Source: Antedon mediterranea
Taxonomy: Eukaryota > Animalia > Echinodermata
Reading direction: 5' to 3'
Assembly: GCF_964355755.1 (NCBI RefSeq)
Contig: NC_092672.1
Location: 25,798,437-25,862,436, forward strand
DNA length: 64,000 bases
The notes beneath the pieces are model-generated. The model was not told the DNA's origin and did no database searches. It was given only the letters and a program-made list of their open reading frames with translations. Positions within the stretch are counted from its first letter, which is position 1, and the number at the start of each line of letters is the position of its first letter. Made by a program: the position numbers and the translations under genes. Shown here in pieces: positions 25,282-38,325 of this stretch.

Positions 25282-26568
25282 CTAGATGGCACGCTCGCTT
25301 CGCTCGCGTACCATCTAGGTCGTGCCCACAGATGGTTCTCGAATACACAGTATTTCCAGCGAGAAAAAAATGGAGATTTCAAATGAACTGCAGGACTATA
25401 ATAAATTTTCGTTTACAGAAACGAATAAATATACACAATGATTTATGTAGTCAACCAAAATTAGCACCCTGGGAATTACTTCCAAGAGAGAAACAAAATG
25501 AGTCAATTTTTTTATTTGGACACATTTAAACAAACCCAATTTGTGTTTTGTATGTAACATTAAGGGTTGAGGGATGGGGGAAGAAGATAGGTACAAAGAG
25601 GAAACATTTTAAAATATATTCTTATCCACTCAGTAACGAAATATTGTTTTTAATGTTTTATAGGCCTATAAATAATATACCACTAAATACAGTAAAACAT
25701 TTACGATTTAATACTTTGTTAAAACTCTCACTGTCATAGTCGATTGAATTAGTAAAGTACACGTAACGATACACCACTACGACGTTTATATATTTTTAAA
25801 TTATTAATTAATACAAACGTTGAGAAGCAACTGTCAGTAATAACGTTTATTTATTTGTATATTATATGTTTATAATCTAACAGTATGGCCTACCCACACT
25901 CACAGTAATAAAGTTTATTTGTATATTTGTTTATATTATATCTAACAGTACCAACACTCACAGTAAGAAATTTTGCGATTCAAATTGCGATCAAAAGTGG
26001 TTAATACCTTAACAGTATTGTACAGCATTGCAATACTATTTATGTTTATTCTCAAAGGGGGCCCATAAATCTAAATCTATACCTCTATGGTTAAACCAAA
26101 TAATTTGGAATGTTCCATTCATCACAAATCAATACATTTGTAAAAACGTATATTACATGTATCAAAATAGTATTTTTTAAATAAAATCGGCCTGTCTTCA
26201 ACATTATGATGCTGTACTCTAGCTGTTCAACCAGTTTTCAGCTATTAAAAACAATTATCGTAGGAGGAGATAGGAAAATGCGAAGCCTCCTCGTATTTTT
26301 GTGGCGGGTATTTTTCAAGATGGACATCCATTAGACAGTGTATACCACGATCGGAAAACACCCCTATTTGGGGCAAATCGTTGAACCTAAATTCGTTTTA
26401 ATCGTCAATAACTAATTACCTAACTCAATTTAATTAGTAAACAGGGTTACATCAGATGGTTAAAATCAGTACCGAAAGTGTGTACCAACTTTATATACCA
26501 TCGAGTAGAAATTCTAGAAATAAACCGAGATTTACCGAATTTTGCCCTTACGTAAATTTATATATAGA
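25282..26568 (-). mobile_element. Non-autonomous Helitron, copy 2
   Basis: Same TC... and ...CTAG termini and body as 7716-9247; A|T insertion into the LINE. Confidence 0.92.
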
Positions 26569-27546
26569 TAAAACATCCGTGGTAGCACGATAAATGCCAA
26601 TATCTTCATCAGTTACACTTTTCCAATGAATATATTGATTATTCTTTTCATTAGCTTCATTATTTTTGCTGCATTCATTATTCACATCGTCAAAATTCAA
26701 AATATTGTAATTAAATAATAGTGGATAATGATCAGACCCTACTACATCATAACATATAGAATAATCAGATAATAAATGACATGCACTTTGAGTGAAGACA
26801 ACATGGTCAATCCAGCTATAGTGGACCCATGTGATTCACTTAAAAAAGTAAAATTATTGGAATCTACACCAAGATATTCAATATCGCATATACTTAGATT
26901 ATTTTCTATAGTGAACTGTTTAAGCTCTTTACCAAACCGTTTATTAATGTTGGCATTAAAATCACCTACAAAAATAACTTTATTACCATCAAATTCATCG
27001 ACAACATTTTGTATCTTACCCAAGTATTCCATGAATTCGATAAAATTTTCATCGGCATCATAAGGCATGTAAACACTAACTAACATAGTTTTGTTTACTC
27101 CACTACCGATTACTAAACCTACTAGTCTAGTGTTGTCAATATCGGTAACTCTAGTTACATTAAGCAGAGATTTTTACTCGGGGTACCCGAGTCTAGGACT
27201 TACTCATTTTCTCCATCTGGACACTATTGAGTAAAAAGTGCGATTTTCAAAGTACTACTCCTCCCTTATTAGTTGTAGTATTGAGCTGGGATTTGGCATG
27301 AATATACTACAGGGACATGTCCTCAAATCTATAGAGCCGGATTTTTAAATTTCAAACCGGATGCAGCCATATGACGTCTCGAAGATGGTACCATATAGCC
27401 GTATTTGGTAGGTTATTGATGTGTATGTGACGTCACATCCCGTCTTATGACGTCATTACAGCTTCATTTGCTGTACCCCGAGTATCGCACATTCGTGCTT
27501 TTTTGTTAATTAATTTGTTTAATTAAGATGTGTGACACACCACACA

Positions 27547-27589
27547 GCTTAACACGCAGAAGGTACCTGGTTCGAGCCCGGGCGAAACC
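27547..27589 (+). pseudogene. 3' half of tRNA-Val(AAC)
   Basis: GCTTAACACGCAGAAGGTACCTGGTTCGAGCCCGGGCGAAACC followed by a T run and the same 3' trailer as 27806-27879. Confidence 0.7.
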
Positions 27590-27805
27590 TTTTTTTTTAA
27601 ACTTTATGGTGAAAAGTACTGTATACGCAATATGATAATTATACACAGTATATCTTATTTTTATTATTTTTTTAAATAACTATTTTGTGTAATCGGTAAT
27701 TATCACTTTTACACATGTTTATTTTGCTTTGTGCTTATTACCATATTTATTCTGTAATGTAAATGGATTAAAAAACTTTGTGTAACCCACATTTTTAGTG
27801 CAAGA

Positions 27806-27879
27806 GGTTTCGTAGTGTAGTGGTTGTCAAGTCTGCTTAACAACACGCAGAAGATCCCGGTTCGAGCCCTGGCGAAACC
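27806..27879 (+). tRNA. tRNA-Val(AAC)-like gene, probably pseudo
   Basis: GGTTTCG...CGAAACC acceptor stem, A box TAGTGTAGTGG, CTGC/GCAG anticodon stem with duplicated AAC, B box GGTTCGAGCC, T-run terminator. Confidence 0.7.
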
Positions 27880-28133
27880 TATTTTTCTTTAACTTTATGG
27901 TGAAATATACTGTATACGTAATATGATATAGAGTATATCTCGTTTTATTACTCGGGGTACCTGAGTCTAGGACTCTCTCATCTTTTCCTCTTTTTCTACC
28001 ATCCAGACACTATTGAGCAAAAAGTGCGATTTATAAAGTACTACTCCTCCCTTATTCGTTGTAGTATTTAGCTCGGATTTAGCATGAATAAACTACAGGG
28101 ACATGTCCTCAAAGCTATAGAGCCGGATTTTTA

Positions 28134-28322
28134 GTCTATAGTTCACTATGTCGGTCGGTCGGTCTGCTGTCGGTCTGTCTGTCGGTCCGGTATCACTATG
28201 TGTTTTATCGCTTTTCTGTACTTTTTGAACTGTTTTGATGTACAGAAAAGTTTTAAAGTACATTATTTTTTGAAAGTTAATTTTTTTCTGAGAGCACGCG
28301 ACTTATGGCTGTTGGCCTTGTT
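28134..28322 (+). mobile_element. DINE-1/HINE-like element nested in the second composite unit
   Basis: CTATAGTTCACTATGTCGGTCGGTC...GCACGCGACTTATGGCTGTTGGCCTTGT, same family as 18560-18670. Confidence 0.75.
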
Positions 28323-28930
28323 TAATTTCAAACCGGATGCAGCCATATCACGTCTCGAAGATGGTACCGTATAGCCGTATTTGGTAGCGCGGTTATTGAC
28401 GTGTATGTGACGTTACATCCGGTCTTATGACGTCATTACAGCTTCTTTCGCTGTACCCCGAATATTGCACATTCGTGCTTGTTTGTATAATATAGCAACT
28501 CCACCATGGGGTCTACCCACCAAAAGTTATTGAGAACTATCCATAGCAGACACAGCCACACTATCAAAATCCCTATGAAAGGATTTTAGCATAAACAGCT
28601 CATCCTTACGAAGCCAGTGCTCTTGCAAAAATATTAAATCGTACTTATTACACATACCATAAACCTCTTTCTCTCTAGATTTTAGGTTTTTACAGTTAAA
28701 AGATACACATTTCAGAGGAATTATTAGCCACAACCAGGAAGGTCGATATGTTTTAACATTATTACAGTCTAAACAACTGTATTCGCAACCGCATTTAGGA
28801 CTATTATTATTTATATACGGCCACATCCTATTCCAGGCTCTAGATTGCATTTCGACAATAGGTAAAAACTAAATATAAACACATCGCGTTTCATATGTAG
28901 AATACGTGAGGGCCAGACACTCGTGATGTA

Positions 28931-29132
28931 AAGTCGAATTTACACAGACGAGAGGTAATGGTAAGCGAAAAACCACGTAGCTTGTTCCACGTAGAATAAT
29001 ATGTATCTATCCGCAACGGAAACCGCCTATCCGTTCAACGCTTTGGGTAAATGGTCATAGGAGGAGGGAATAAAATTGATTCTATATTTTTATTACCGTT
29101 TACCGCTAGGCTCGTCTGTGTAAATTGGCCTT
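28931..29132. mobile_element. MITE
   Basis: Inverted repeats ATTTACACAGACGAG / CTCGTCTGTGTAAAT. Confidence 0.6.
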
Positions 29133-29864
29133 TATTTGTAACATAAATCATACACATTTATTTCCCATTTAGGCCTATATTTCTTTAAACATTTTTATAA
29201 CTTAAAAATACGAATAATAAGACATAGGCCTAATATGAAAATGTGAATTTTAATACAATTTGTAAATATGGAAAAGCGATAAAATTCATTTTCTACTCAT
29301 TTATTCATTCAATTATGTAGAAACAGTCCAAAAATATAACAAGCAATTTACATTTAAATAAGTAATTATAATATTAACTGTTTCAGTAACAATAAAACAG
29401 CTGCTGACATATCATAAAAATATATCACGTTAAACATTAAAATAATAATCACAATTAGGCCTATTTAAAAAAATTCAATAAACACACATAATTTTACATT
29501 TTAATTAAAAAATTATTATACAATTATATTCCCTCCCAATGATAGGTAATAATCCTCATCTTTCCAAAAAGTTATAAAAAGAAAACAACTCAACAATTAC
29601 GTTAGTTACAATGTTTTCTTGGTAAAATCATTCTTTATTATTGGTACATCGATTCTGGAAATGACGGGGAACTGAATAATTATATTTAAAGAAACTGCCA
29701 GTTTTTATTGGGGGATTCAATTACAAGGTAATCGTCGAACAAAAACCATTTTTGTTTGAAATTTTGCAGGTATATTTTAAACACTTTATTAGAGCAGTAT
29801 CTTTCATAACGGTGATAAAAAGGACACGTCAATCTTAAGGTTTTAGGTATAGGCTTCAAGTGCT

Positions 29865-30303
29865 GACGATTCGGCCCTGAGACGATTCGGCCCGGGACTA
29901 TTCGGCCCACTTTGTGGGCCGAAACATCTCACTTTAGATCAAATTCATATTCATTTTTGTTGGTATTTATCAAGTTTTTAAAGGTGTTTAACAATCCGTA
30001 TTTTATTGACAATGTTGATATAATATATAAATAAATTACTAAAAAAACTTAATTTTATATTCAATTTATTGAGTAGTACTACCTCATAACATGTCTCTCT
30101 GAAAATAAAGTTTTGGGAAAAAAGCTTATTTTATGCTTGTAAAATGCATATCAAAGCCGATAAATTTGTGTGTGTGCCGAATCGTCTCAGGGCCGAATTT
30201 TCCCGGGCCTAATAGTCCCGGGCCGAATCATCCCAGGGCCGAATCGTCCCAGGGCCGAATCGTCCCGGGCCGAATCGTCTCAGGGCCGAATCGTCCCGCT
30301 ACC
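29865..30303. mobile_element. Non-autonomous DNA transposon with inverted arrays of a 15-16 bp subterminal repeat
   Basis: GACGATTCGGCCC units on the left, GGGCCGAATCGTCCC units (about 8) on the right. Confidence 0.7.
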
Positions 30304-31103
30304 CTCTAAGTCCTATATGTAAAATTGGAACATTATGCCTGAGGAAACTTAAAAAAAGGTTAATGATTATTTCAGTTCTCTCCAATGAGAGATTATATTC
30401 AGTATACAATACAATACAAGGTTGAACTTTAAATAGGTACAATTGACGTGATATTTACGCACATACAAATATGGAGAGTGAATAGTGATACTATTAATGT
30501 ATTTTTGTCTGTGAATTTAAATAATGACCTTAGGTAGAACATGTTTGAGGGATGGTGTGGAAGGTATCGATCTCTTTCATTGGTGTTAACTATACGTCAT
30601 ATCAAAATAAAATTATATCTCGACTATTACATAGCATACATGATGTTAATATATTTATTGTTAGTTTAGGTTTATTTAGTTGGATATATCTACTAACTAT
30701 TTACATCATACGTAGTTCTTTATTATATCTTTCTAAACTTAAACGTATGAAAATTCCATCTACTCCTTGTTTAATAATATACAGTACTTTATTTGGCCCT
30801 GAGGCCATTCAAGAAATAAAACGAATAAAATGTCCTAGACAATATTGTATCAAGAGGACGAAATTAAACGTATGTCGAGAGTGTAATTAAGTTTAATGCT
30901 GGCAAATAATTGATGATGAAGGATGATGTGATGATAATCTGAACAATGATGACGGTGATGAACAATAGGCCTACCTATTTTTCAGTATTACTTACTGGCT
31001 GACTACGGTACTCTATAATATTAGTAGTTGACTGGCTAGGTTGGAAGGCGTGCTTTACTCACGTTAATATTTTCGGAACGTATACACTCACAGCATGGCA
31101 TGT

Positions 31104-31833
31104 TTTTAGTCGCATGGAAGCGATTCTATAGTTCACTATGTCGGTCGGTTGGTCGGTCTGTCTGTCTGTCGGTCTGTCTGTCTGTCTGTCTGTCTGTCGG
31201 TCTGTCGGTCCGGTATCACTATGCGTTTTATCGCTTTCTGACCTTATCTTGATATCAGTTTAATCTAGCTATGTCAATTTTTCACAGTATATTCCTTATG
31301 GCCAGGAATCAATGTGGTTATGTTTTCACGGTGCGCAATAAAAAATGACGTGGTCTACGCACGATTTAACGAAATCACGTTTGTAATCATATCTTCACAA
31401 CCATGAATCACAATTAAATAAATTTTGGTACTCATAAAGTTCAGGGCATAAATCATCATATGGCAATACAATTACGTGCGTAGCGCATGTAACGCATGCG
31501 TACGCGCGCTTAAATTTTTCAAAATTTATTTTCAATGAAATAAGAGTACGTTTCAGGCAATTTTAAGCGTTTACAAAATTGCCATGAGTGCGCATATTTT
31601 TGCGCGCGCACTGCGCGTTAAATGTTATTGCGCACTCTTTTTGCCCGATTTCTGTTTTCTTGACTTACTTTTCAACTCGAAATTACGTTATACGAGCACG
31701 TCAAAAGTGACAGGCTACGCACGTGTAAATTAAAAAAATATAAATGTTTTTTTAACATGTTCAGTAATTTCGGTCAGTATAGTTCACTATGTCGGTCGGT
31801 CGGTCTGTCTGTCTGTCGGTCTTTCTGTCGGTC
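31104..31833 (+). mobile_element. Long DINE-1/HINE-like element, 3' end missing
   Basis: Same 5' end and (GTCT)n as 18560, with a second microsatellite block at about 31780-31833. Confidence 0.7.
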
Positions 31834-33686
31834 TAAGCCTCGACTCCCGGTAGTATTTTCATGACAAAAAATGTTATCAACTACATGCCAACATCATGTT
31901 AAATGCTGTTTGGATATTTAATTGTTCGTTTCATGCAATTTATTTAGTAAAAACTGCCGAACAAACAGTTCGCTTCATCAACCGGGGGCTACCGGGCGTG
32001 TTGTTGTTTACGTGTTTTCAGAAAGGATAGTTTAATAATATTTCTATATTTAACTTGTTTCTGGTAAAAATAAATAAATGTTAATGAAATTTAATATTGT
32101 ATCCTATAAATAACATGTATTTCATACGAATTTATTTCATAAAATCAATAATTAATTTACCGGGCGTAGATTAGTATGCGGCAATGGCAAAGAATCAACC
32201 AAGCGTTATGTGCTGAATAAAGCCTGTTTTCCTGTCGACGTTAGTCGACGCTATCATCGTTAGAACACATCAGATCATCACGATCCATCGAAACGTAAAG
32301 AATCAACAGTACGCGCTGTTATACATAGAAGGATAGGAAACGCGGACGCTTATTCATGGACGCGTAAGAATCCAGCAGCCGAACGACGGCGGGCTCTAGA
32401 TATGGTTCCCGTCTAATCCCACGTTTCGTCGATGTATCGTGATGATCTGATGTGTTCTCGCGTCTGTGCTCTACTAATTTTGATATTATTAATATTTTGA
32501 TAATTATTTTGATAAATAATCATCGTTTGCATTTTTATAGATATTTACAATAAAAGTTTTACCCTACCCACGCCTGAAGGTGGCGCACCTCTTCTAGAGA
32601 AAAAGAAATGCGCCACCTTCAGGCGTAGGCAAATAGTAACCCGGATGTGGTTTACACCGCCAACGGAACTGTTGTATCTTCTCCTTTTATTATCTTTGCT
32701 AATACTAATAGTAATAATACTACCAGCTACATTTCCTGCCTATGGGCCTAGGCTAGTGTTAGTTAATATAGGCATACTGTAGTCTAGGTAGGTCCTGGCC
32801 TAGCTAGTAGTAGTGTAGTCTGAGCCTAGGCATAGGCTAGTACACTAGCACTAGTAGTAGGTAGGCCTAGCCCAGCCTAAGATAGGCTGGCTTGAGGCAT
32901 ACATACAAATAATTGGCTGACCTAGTAATATTCTGGTCGTTTCTTTTTTACTTCAATTACCTGGAAATTATTTGCATTCTCTCTCATTTTCATAATATAT
33001 AAACATAGGGCTCGTGGGTGGTGTGATGTCCGGTCCGTGTAGTCTATATATCATGCAGAGGAGGGAGAGAGAGAGCCTGGAGGCTAGGCTGCAGCAGAGT
33101 GCATGCTCGCTAGCTAGGATCAAGAGAATCACGCATACGTGTGTGTGCGCTTTTGTCGCGTATACGAAGTCGTCGTGCGCGATGTGTGGCCCTCTGGGGG
33201 GAAAAGATAGGGACAATATGAAAAACAAAATTACTATAACAAATCATAATGTTTATTCATTTATTGTTTAAAAATATTGATTGATGAGATTTTTATTTAA
33301 AAAAGATGAATTGGGGTACAGTACACGTCAGTAGAGATGTTTCGCAACGCTACGAATTAATACGACAAAGAAAACGAATACGAACAAGTTGCGAATCAGC
33401 GATAGTCCAGTAGAGCAGCATGGAATATTCATTATAGTCCATTATTAGTCCATGAGTAAAGATAAGTCAAAATTGCAACAGAATTGTTTTTGTTTTGTCT
33501 GGTAAATATATATAAAAGTATCTATTCGGAGATCCCGCCTCGTGAATAAAAATACTGAAAGATGAGGGTGTATCAATTTGATCTCTGGTGCGCGTGCGTA
33601 CAATTGAGGACTAGTGCTGTTCCGCCGCACCACGCCGAGAATGTTAAAGAGTCGCTATTCAATCGAGTTTGAACAATACCATGAAA

Positions 33687-33885
33687 GCCCCAGTGGTCTA
33701 ATGGTTAGGACATGGAGGTATTTATACCTCCATGGTTAGGACAACTGCATATCAAGCAGACGGTCCGAGTTCGAGTCTCGGTTGGGGCGACTTTTTCTCA
33801 TTCTCACAGATTTCCTCATCTCTATCGTTTCAAATTAATTAATTAAATTTCAGTATATCACCGGGCGGTTTAGAATTAATGTTCA
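33687..33885 (+). mobile_element. tRNA-derived SINE
   Basis: A box CAGTGGTCTAATGG, B box AGTTCGAGTC, GCCCCA/TGGGGC stem; body matches a degenerate minus-strand copy at about 57221-57330. Confidence 0.7.
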
Positions 33886-33888
33886 TTG

Positions 33889-35640
33889 TGTGATGGGTTT
33901 GTCACACGTAAGTGAGCCCTCTAGAGAAAAAGAGGGAGACGAATAAAGAGGGACGACAACTACAACGTGTTTTGTTGGTTTCAGCCTATAACGAGCGAGC
34001 CCTTAACAAATTGGGTGGTCATCCGTGAACAAAGTACGGAATTGTAGTTGTAGATCGAACTGATGGTAATTTTAGTTACTTATTCTAAGCTGGTTTTAGG
34101 TTTAGAGGCGTTTTATAGCGAAGGTGGTTTGGCGGCCGCCGAGCCAGAAAACTGTGTTGTTGTTTTAGGCTTGTGTAGGCTTGCCTGTGATACTAGAAGT
34201 CGGTTTGGCTTTGATTTTAGGGGTCTAGTTATTGAGACCACGGTAGGTTTAATACTGCGTGGGCTTGGCAGGTAATTTATTACTGGTGCCTTAATTATCG
34301 TCATATTGGTTATTATTTTAACCTGTGTTTTTGTTTGTTGTTTCAAATAGAAACTAGGCCTATGTCAGAAAGTTATTTTGACGAGGAATTTTTGGATAGC
34401 ATGTCCATTGAGGTGGTAGCTCAGCTATCAGAGGAGCGTTTGCGACTCCTATGTACTAGGGTTGGAGCATCTATAAATGATTCCATGAATAAATATGATT
34501 TGATAAATGTGATTGGAAGTCATGTTGGTTTAATTACTCATTAATCCGTAAAAAACTGCAAGGAATGATGTCGAGTTGGCTAGAATCGAGTTGGAACGTA
34601 AAAAATTAATGTTTGAAAGAAGAAAAATAGAGATTCTAGAGATGCAAACTCAAAGAGAAATGGAAAAAGAAAAACATGAATTTGAGTTAAGGAAATTAGA
34701 ATTAGCTAACCAAAATGGGTCACACCACACGGGTTTCTACACCTAATAATTCAGAGATTACTCAGAATATTAAATGGGTTCCCAAGTTTAATGAGGACGA
34801 GGTAGAGACATATTTTTTAGCTTTTGAGAAAATTGCTAATAGATTAAAGTGGCCTGCTAGACACTGGACTGTGTTGTTACAAACTGATCTTGTGGGTAAA
34901 GCCCAAGAGGTATTTTCTGCTTTGGCTGATGATCAATGTGAAAGCTATGATGCGGTTAAAACTGCTGTTTTGTCAGCTTAAGAGTTAGTTCTAGAGGCGT
35001 ATCGTCAGAAATTTAGGAACTTGGGTAAACCTTATGATCAAATGGTTACAGAATTTGCACGTAAGAAGCAGATTCTTTTTGATAGATGGTGTAGTTCGGA
35101 AGGAGTAAAGGGAGAATTTGGAAAGCTCCGTGAGCTTATGTTAGTTGAGGAGTTTAAATCTTGTTCCCCTACTGAAGTTCGTACACATCTAGAGGAGCAG
35201 AAAGTGGATAATTTAATGAAAGCGGCCTCTGTTGCCGATAATTATGTGCTCACGCACAAGGTGGTGAGTACCAAATCGGTTTCCAAATCTGTTGATGATT
35301 CTAAGGTCCAAAGTCAGAAAACTACAGTTAATAGTAGTAGTAAATTTTGTAGGAACTTGTTTTTATTGCAGGAAAAAGGGTCATATAAAGGAAGATTGTT
35401 GGCTGTTCCAAAACAAATCTAAAGGGGATAATAAGAAACCCCAATCACTCCAAACACGTTAGTTAATACTCTACAGTCTTTTTGAAAGTGACAGAGAGTC
35501 ACGACGTTGATGAAAGTGAGAAGTTGATCCAATCTTCAGATTCGGAAAAAGTGCGAAAGCTATTTAAGCCTTTCCTCTCTACTGGTTCTGTAGCATTGAT
35601 CAACGATGTGAATCTGAGTAAAGTTCGTGTCTTAAGACTT
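33889..35640 (+). mobile_element. Gmr1-like Gypsy 5' part: 120-bp LTR (33889-34008), PBS-like site, decayed gag
   Basis: TGT...ACA LTR similar to 3694-3826; TTGGGTGGTCATCCG follows; gag VPKFNEDEVETYFLAFEK...YRQKFR...LMLVEEFK (SCAN-related capsid) and a frameshifted zinc knuckle. Confidence 0.85.
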
Positions 35641-35642
35641 CC

Positions 35643-36265
35643 CTCGCGTACCATCTAGGTCGTGCCCGCAGATAGTTCATGTTCATGTTAATACACAGTC
35701 ATTTCAGCGTAATAAAACTGGCGATTTCAAATGTATGTAGCGCAGGTCTATACATGTCGTTTACAACGAATAAATAGACACGGTGATATGTAGTCAATTG
35801 AATCTATCACCCTGGGAATTATTTCTGAAAAAGAAATTTTTCATAAAATGAGTCCACATTTTTCACTTATGGCGGGTGAAGTCCTCGAACCACCATGATC
35901 CTCCAAAGTTTCTTGTCTGTCATAGCTGTTTCCATTTCTGCTCCCTCCAAGCCAGTATCCATCCTTAGAACGTCTGTATACGAAAGAGGTGGTCTGCCTG
36001 GTTTCCTTTTCCCATGTCTTGGTTTCCAGACTACTAGTTCTGACACAGGCTCTTGCTTACTTCTAAAGCAGTGGCCAGCAAATCGGTTCCTTCTCTCTCT
36101 GATTTTTTTAGCCAAATTTAAACAAACCCAATTTGTGTTTTGTATGTAACATTAAGGTAGAGGGATGGGGAAGAGAATGAGTGCAAGGAGTAACAATTGT
36201 TAAATTATATTCTGTATCCACTCAGTAACGAAATATTTGTTTTCATGTTTTATAAATAATATACA
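35643..36265 (-). mobile_element. Helitron copy 3, 3' fragment
   Basis: CTCGCGTACCATCTAGGTCGTGCCC and following sequence match copies 1 and 2. Confidence 0.8.
35860..36115 (-). mobile_element. RTE-clade LINE 3' end inserted in Helitron copy 3
   Basis: IRERRNRFAGHCFRS...GKRKPGRP...DKKLWR, the typical RTE C-terminus. Confidence 0.8.
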
Positions 36266-38076
36266 CAAAAAAACCCAATTTTTTTGCAAAGTTTGATTGT
36301 ATTTCAATCATTCCTTTAGCCAATTTCAAATGTACAGCAGCTTCTATGATTTACTTATTTCTCTTATTTACTTCAATATAGCCTAGTGTTATTAATATTA
36401 GTAGGTACAAACAAAATATTCATATGAAAATAAGCAGTTTCTGAGAAATAAATAAAACATTGTTCGAAAATATCGAAAAAGTGCTGTTAAATATTTTTTA
36501 GAAGTTATCCTCACTCTGAGATCGACAAAAAATGGCCTTAGTTGTAAAAGTCACGTTATCATGTCTCCTCTCGCTGCTCTGCATGCCTGTAATTGGACCT
36601 GGGGAGCCGGGACGCCCTCTATACCAATGAGTATAACCAAGGAACACAAACACTTGAGTACGGGTACTTCTTTGTCTTTATTCCAAAGCGGTAAAACTGC
36701 AAACAAACATAATCGATACATAGTCTAGTCACAAACATCATGAATAAAATGATTAATGGATTTATATAGTAAATATGTCAGAATGGTGAAATATTACATT
36801 CTCTACAAACAGAGATTATAAACTGTTTGCAAACTTCAATTTCTTACAATAAAGTTTAGCGTTACGTATAACACACTTCAGTTACATCAAAACCTACGAA
36901 CAATCGAATGTAAACATAATAACTGATTATTACAAATAAACTTACAGAGTGTGACTCAACATAATACGGATTCAATCTGAGGAAGCTTCGGGAAGCAAAT
37001 CACTTGGATAACTTTAAAATGTCTAAAAAGAAACATATTATCACTAAATAATAACGTTGGTAAACACCGCCCTCAATCTCTAAACTAACTCATAAATATT
37101 CATGACTAAGAAAAATCGGCGAGTGGAGGTCCCTTAGCAGTAGCTATAAATGACCAGAAACTAAGAAAATTATACGATTAAATTATAACCTTCTAGTGCT
37201 TAAAATATATATGGATAAACGCTAGTTGTATTTTAGGCTTAACATACGGCATACAGTGCTAACACATGGCATACAACGTTAACATAGGTGTACATTCTTC
37301 GTTAACGGGAAGCTCGAAACAACGACAAGCCACACCTTGTCATCCTCGTTCGTGGTAACATGTTGGACCAAAGATCCATAAAATTCTTCTAATAATAATA
37401 TAATAAGTAACAGCTAACAAAATAACAACTATCAGATTCTAAGGTAAAAACATAACTACTATATAGGTTCTGAAACTCACCAGAAAACATTAAAACGGTG
37501 ATAAACACAGATAACTTTGCATCTTAAAGATACATCTTTCAAAGATGACTAACTTGTTAAAAAGAAAGTAACCTTGCGGTAGAGCTAACCTTAGTTTACC
37601 CCAGAGGGCGCTACGATCAATAAAACTCCTCAAACGGACAGCACAATGCCAATATACGTTTATTCTCATCTCCTCACCCAGATCGAACGAACCCCATTCC
37701 ATTTCATAATATTTATTTGATCAGAAATTAAAATGTAAAATATACAGGGATTAATTGATCAGGGGGACTGCTAAAGTAGGCTAAATAAGATACTCTATAC
37801 TGAACTACAAGAGTCAGCAGTCCCATGATCTTAATTAAATATATATTCATCATAAACAATTTATTTATTAAACGGCAATTCCAAACTCATAACCATGTTC
37901 TGGTGTACATCTACGATTAAACATTCCTGTTTTGATCAGTATATTTTCCAATAAATCATGCAAAACAATCTTCTTTCTTAAGATCTTTTGCATTTCCACT
38001 TTAAACCTATCTGAAGCAAGCAAGTTATACCTTGTATGTGTACTAATTAGATTGATTTATTGAATTTGTTTTATAG

Positions 38077-38306
38077 TAAAGACCCGCTCATGCATGAGTA
38101 CACAGGCATGTGATGATCTGAAACCAAAATGTGACGATAATACACAGGATAACTGCTATACATGTTGCGATACAGATAACTGCAACTCAGCTGAATTTGG
38201 AGGGAGTTCTGATACAGATAACTGCAACTCAGCTGGAATTGCATGGATCAACTTCCTCACTCTAGTCAGTGTTGTGTTGATCAGTTTGTTCTTTGCACAA
38301 CGGTAG
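38077..38306 (+). pseudogene. Ly6/uPAR terminal exon, copy A (no upstream exons found)
   Basis: Acceptor TTTTATAG; KTRSC...CCDTDNCN plus hydrophobic GPI signal; DTDNCNSA is duplicated. Confidence 0.75.
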
Positions 38307-38325
38307 GCAAGAACAGGCGATCTAA

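Larger units (their letters stand above)
27174..28482 (+). mobile_element. Composite insertion: two direct HINE-like units (about 27174-27500 and 27947-28482) flanking tRNA-Val-containing DNA
   Basis: Each unit has TACTCGGGGTAC...GTACCCCGA subterminal inverted repeats and a GCACATTCGTGC stem-loop; LINE coding sequence is contiguous across the insertion. Confidence 0.75.
24432..28730 (-). mobile_element. Degenerate LINE (endonuclease plus start of RT) split by two insertions
   Basis: Collinear fragments CVSFNCKNL, FLQEHWL, GRPHGGVAILYK, VYMPYD, VGDFNA, VIPGWN, GKSAGCDGL, DNYRLIAL. Confidence 0.85.

Noticed and set aside
30175-30300. Regular GGGCCGAATCGTCCC repeats as a CRISPR array
   Set aside because: No unique spacers and no cas genes; an inverted set at 29865-29910 indicates transposon subterminal repeats.
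30552-30890. 112-aa hydrophobic ORF
   Set aside because: AT-rich with no recognisable motif; probably decayed repeat.
3694-34008. One 30-kb LTR element bounded by the two short Gypsy LTRs
   Set aside because: The left LTR is preceded by PPT and pol and the right is followed by PBS and gag, so they belong to different copies.
36543-37360. Possible solo LTR (TGT...ACA, minus-strand AATAAA)
   Set aside because: No TSD or second copy in the window to fix the boundaries.
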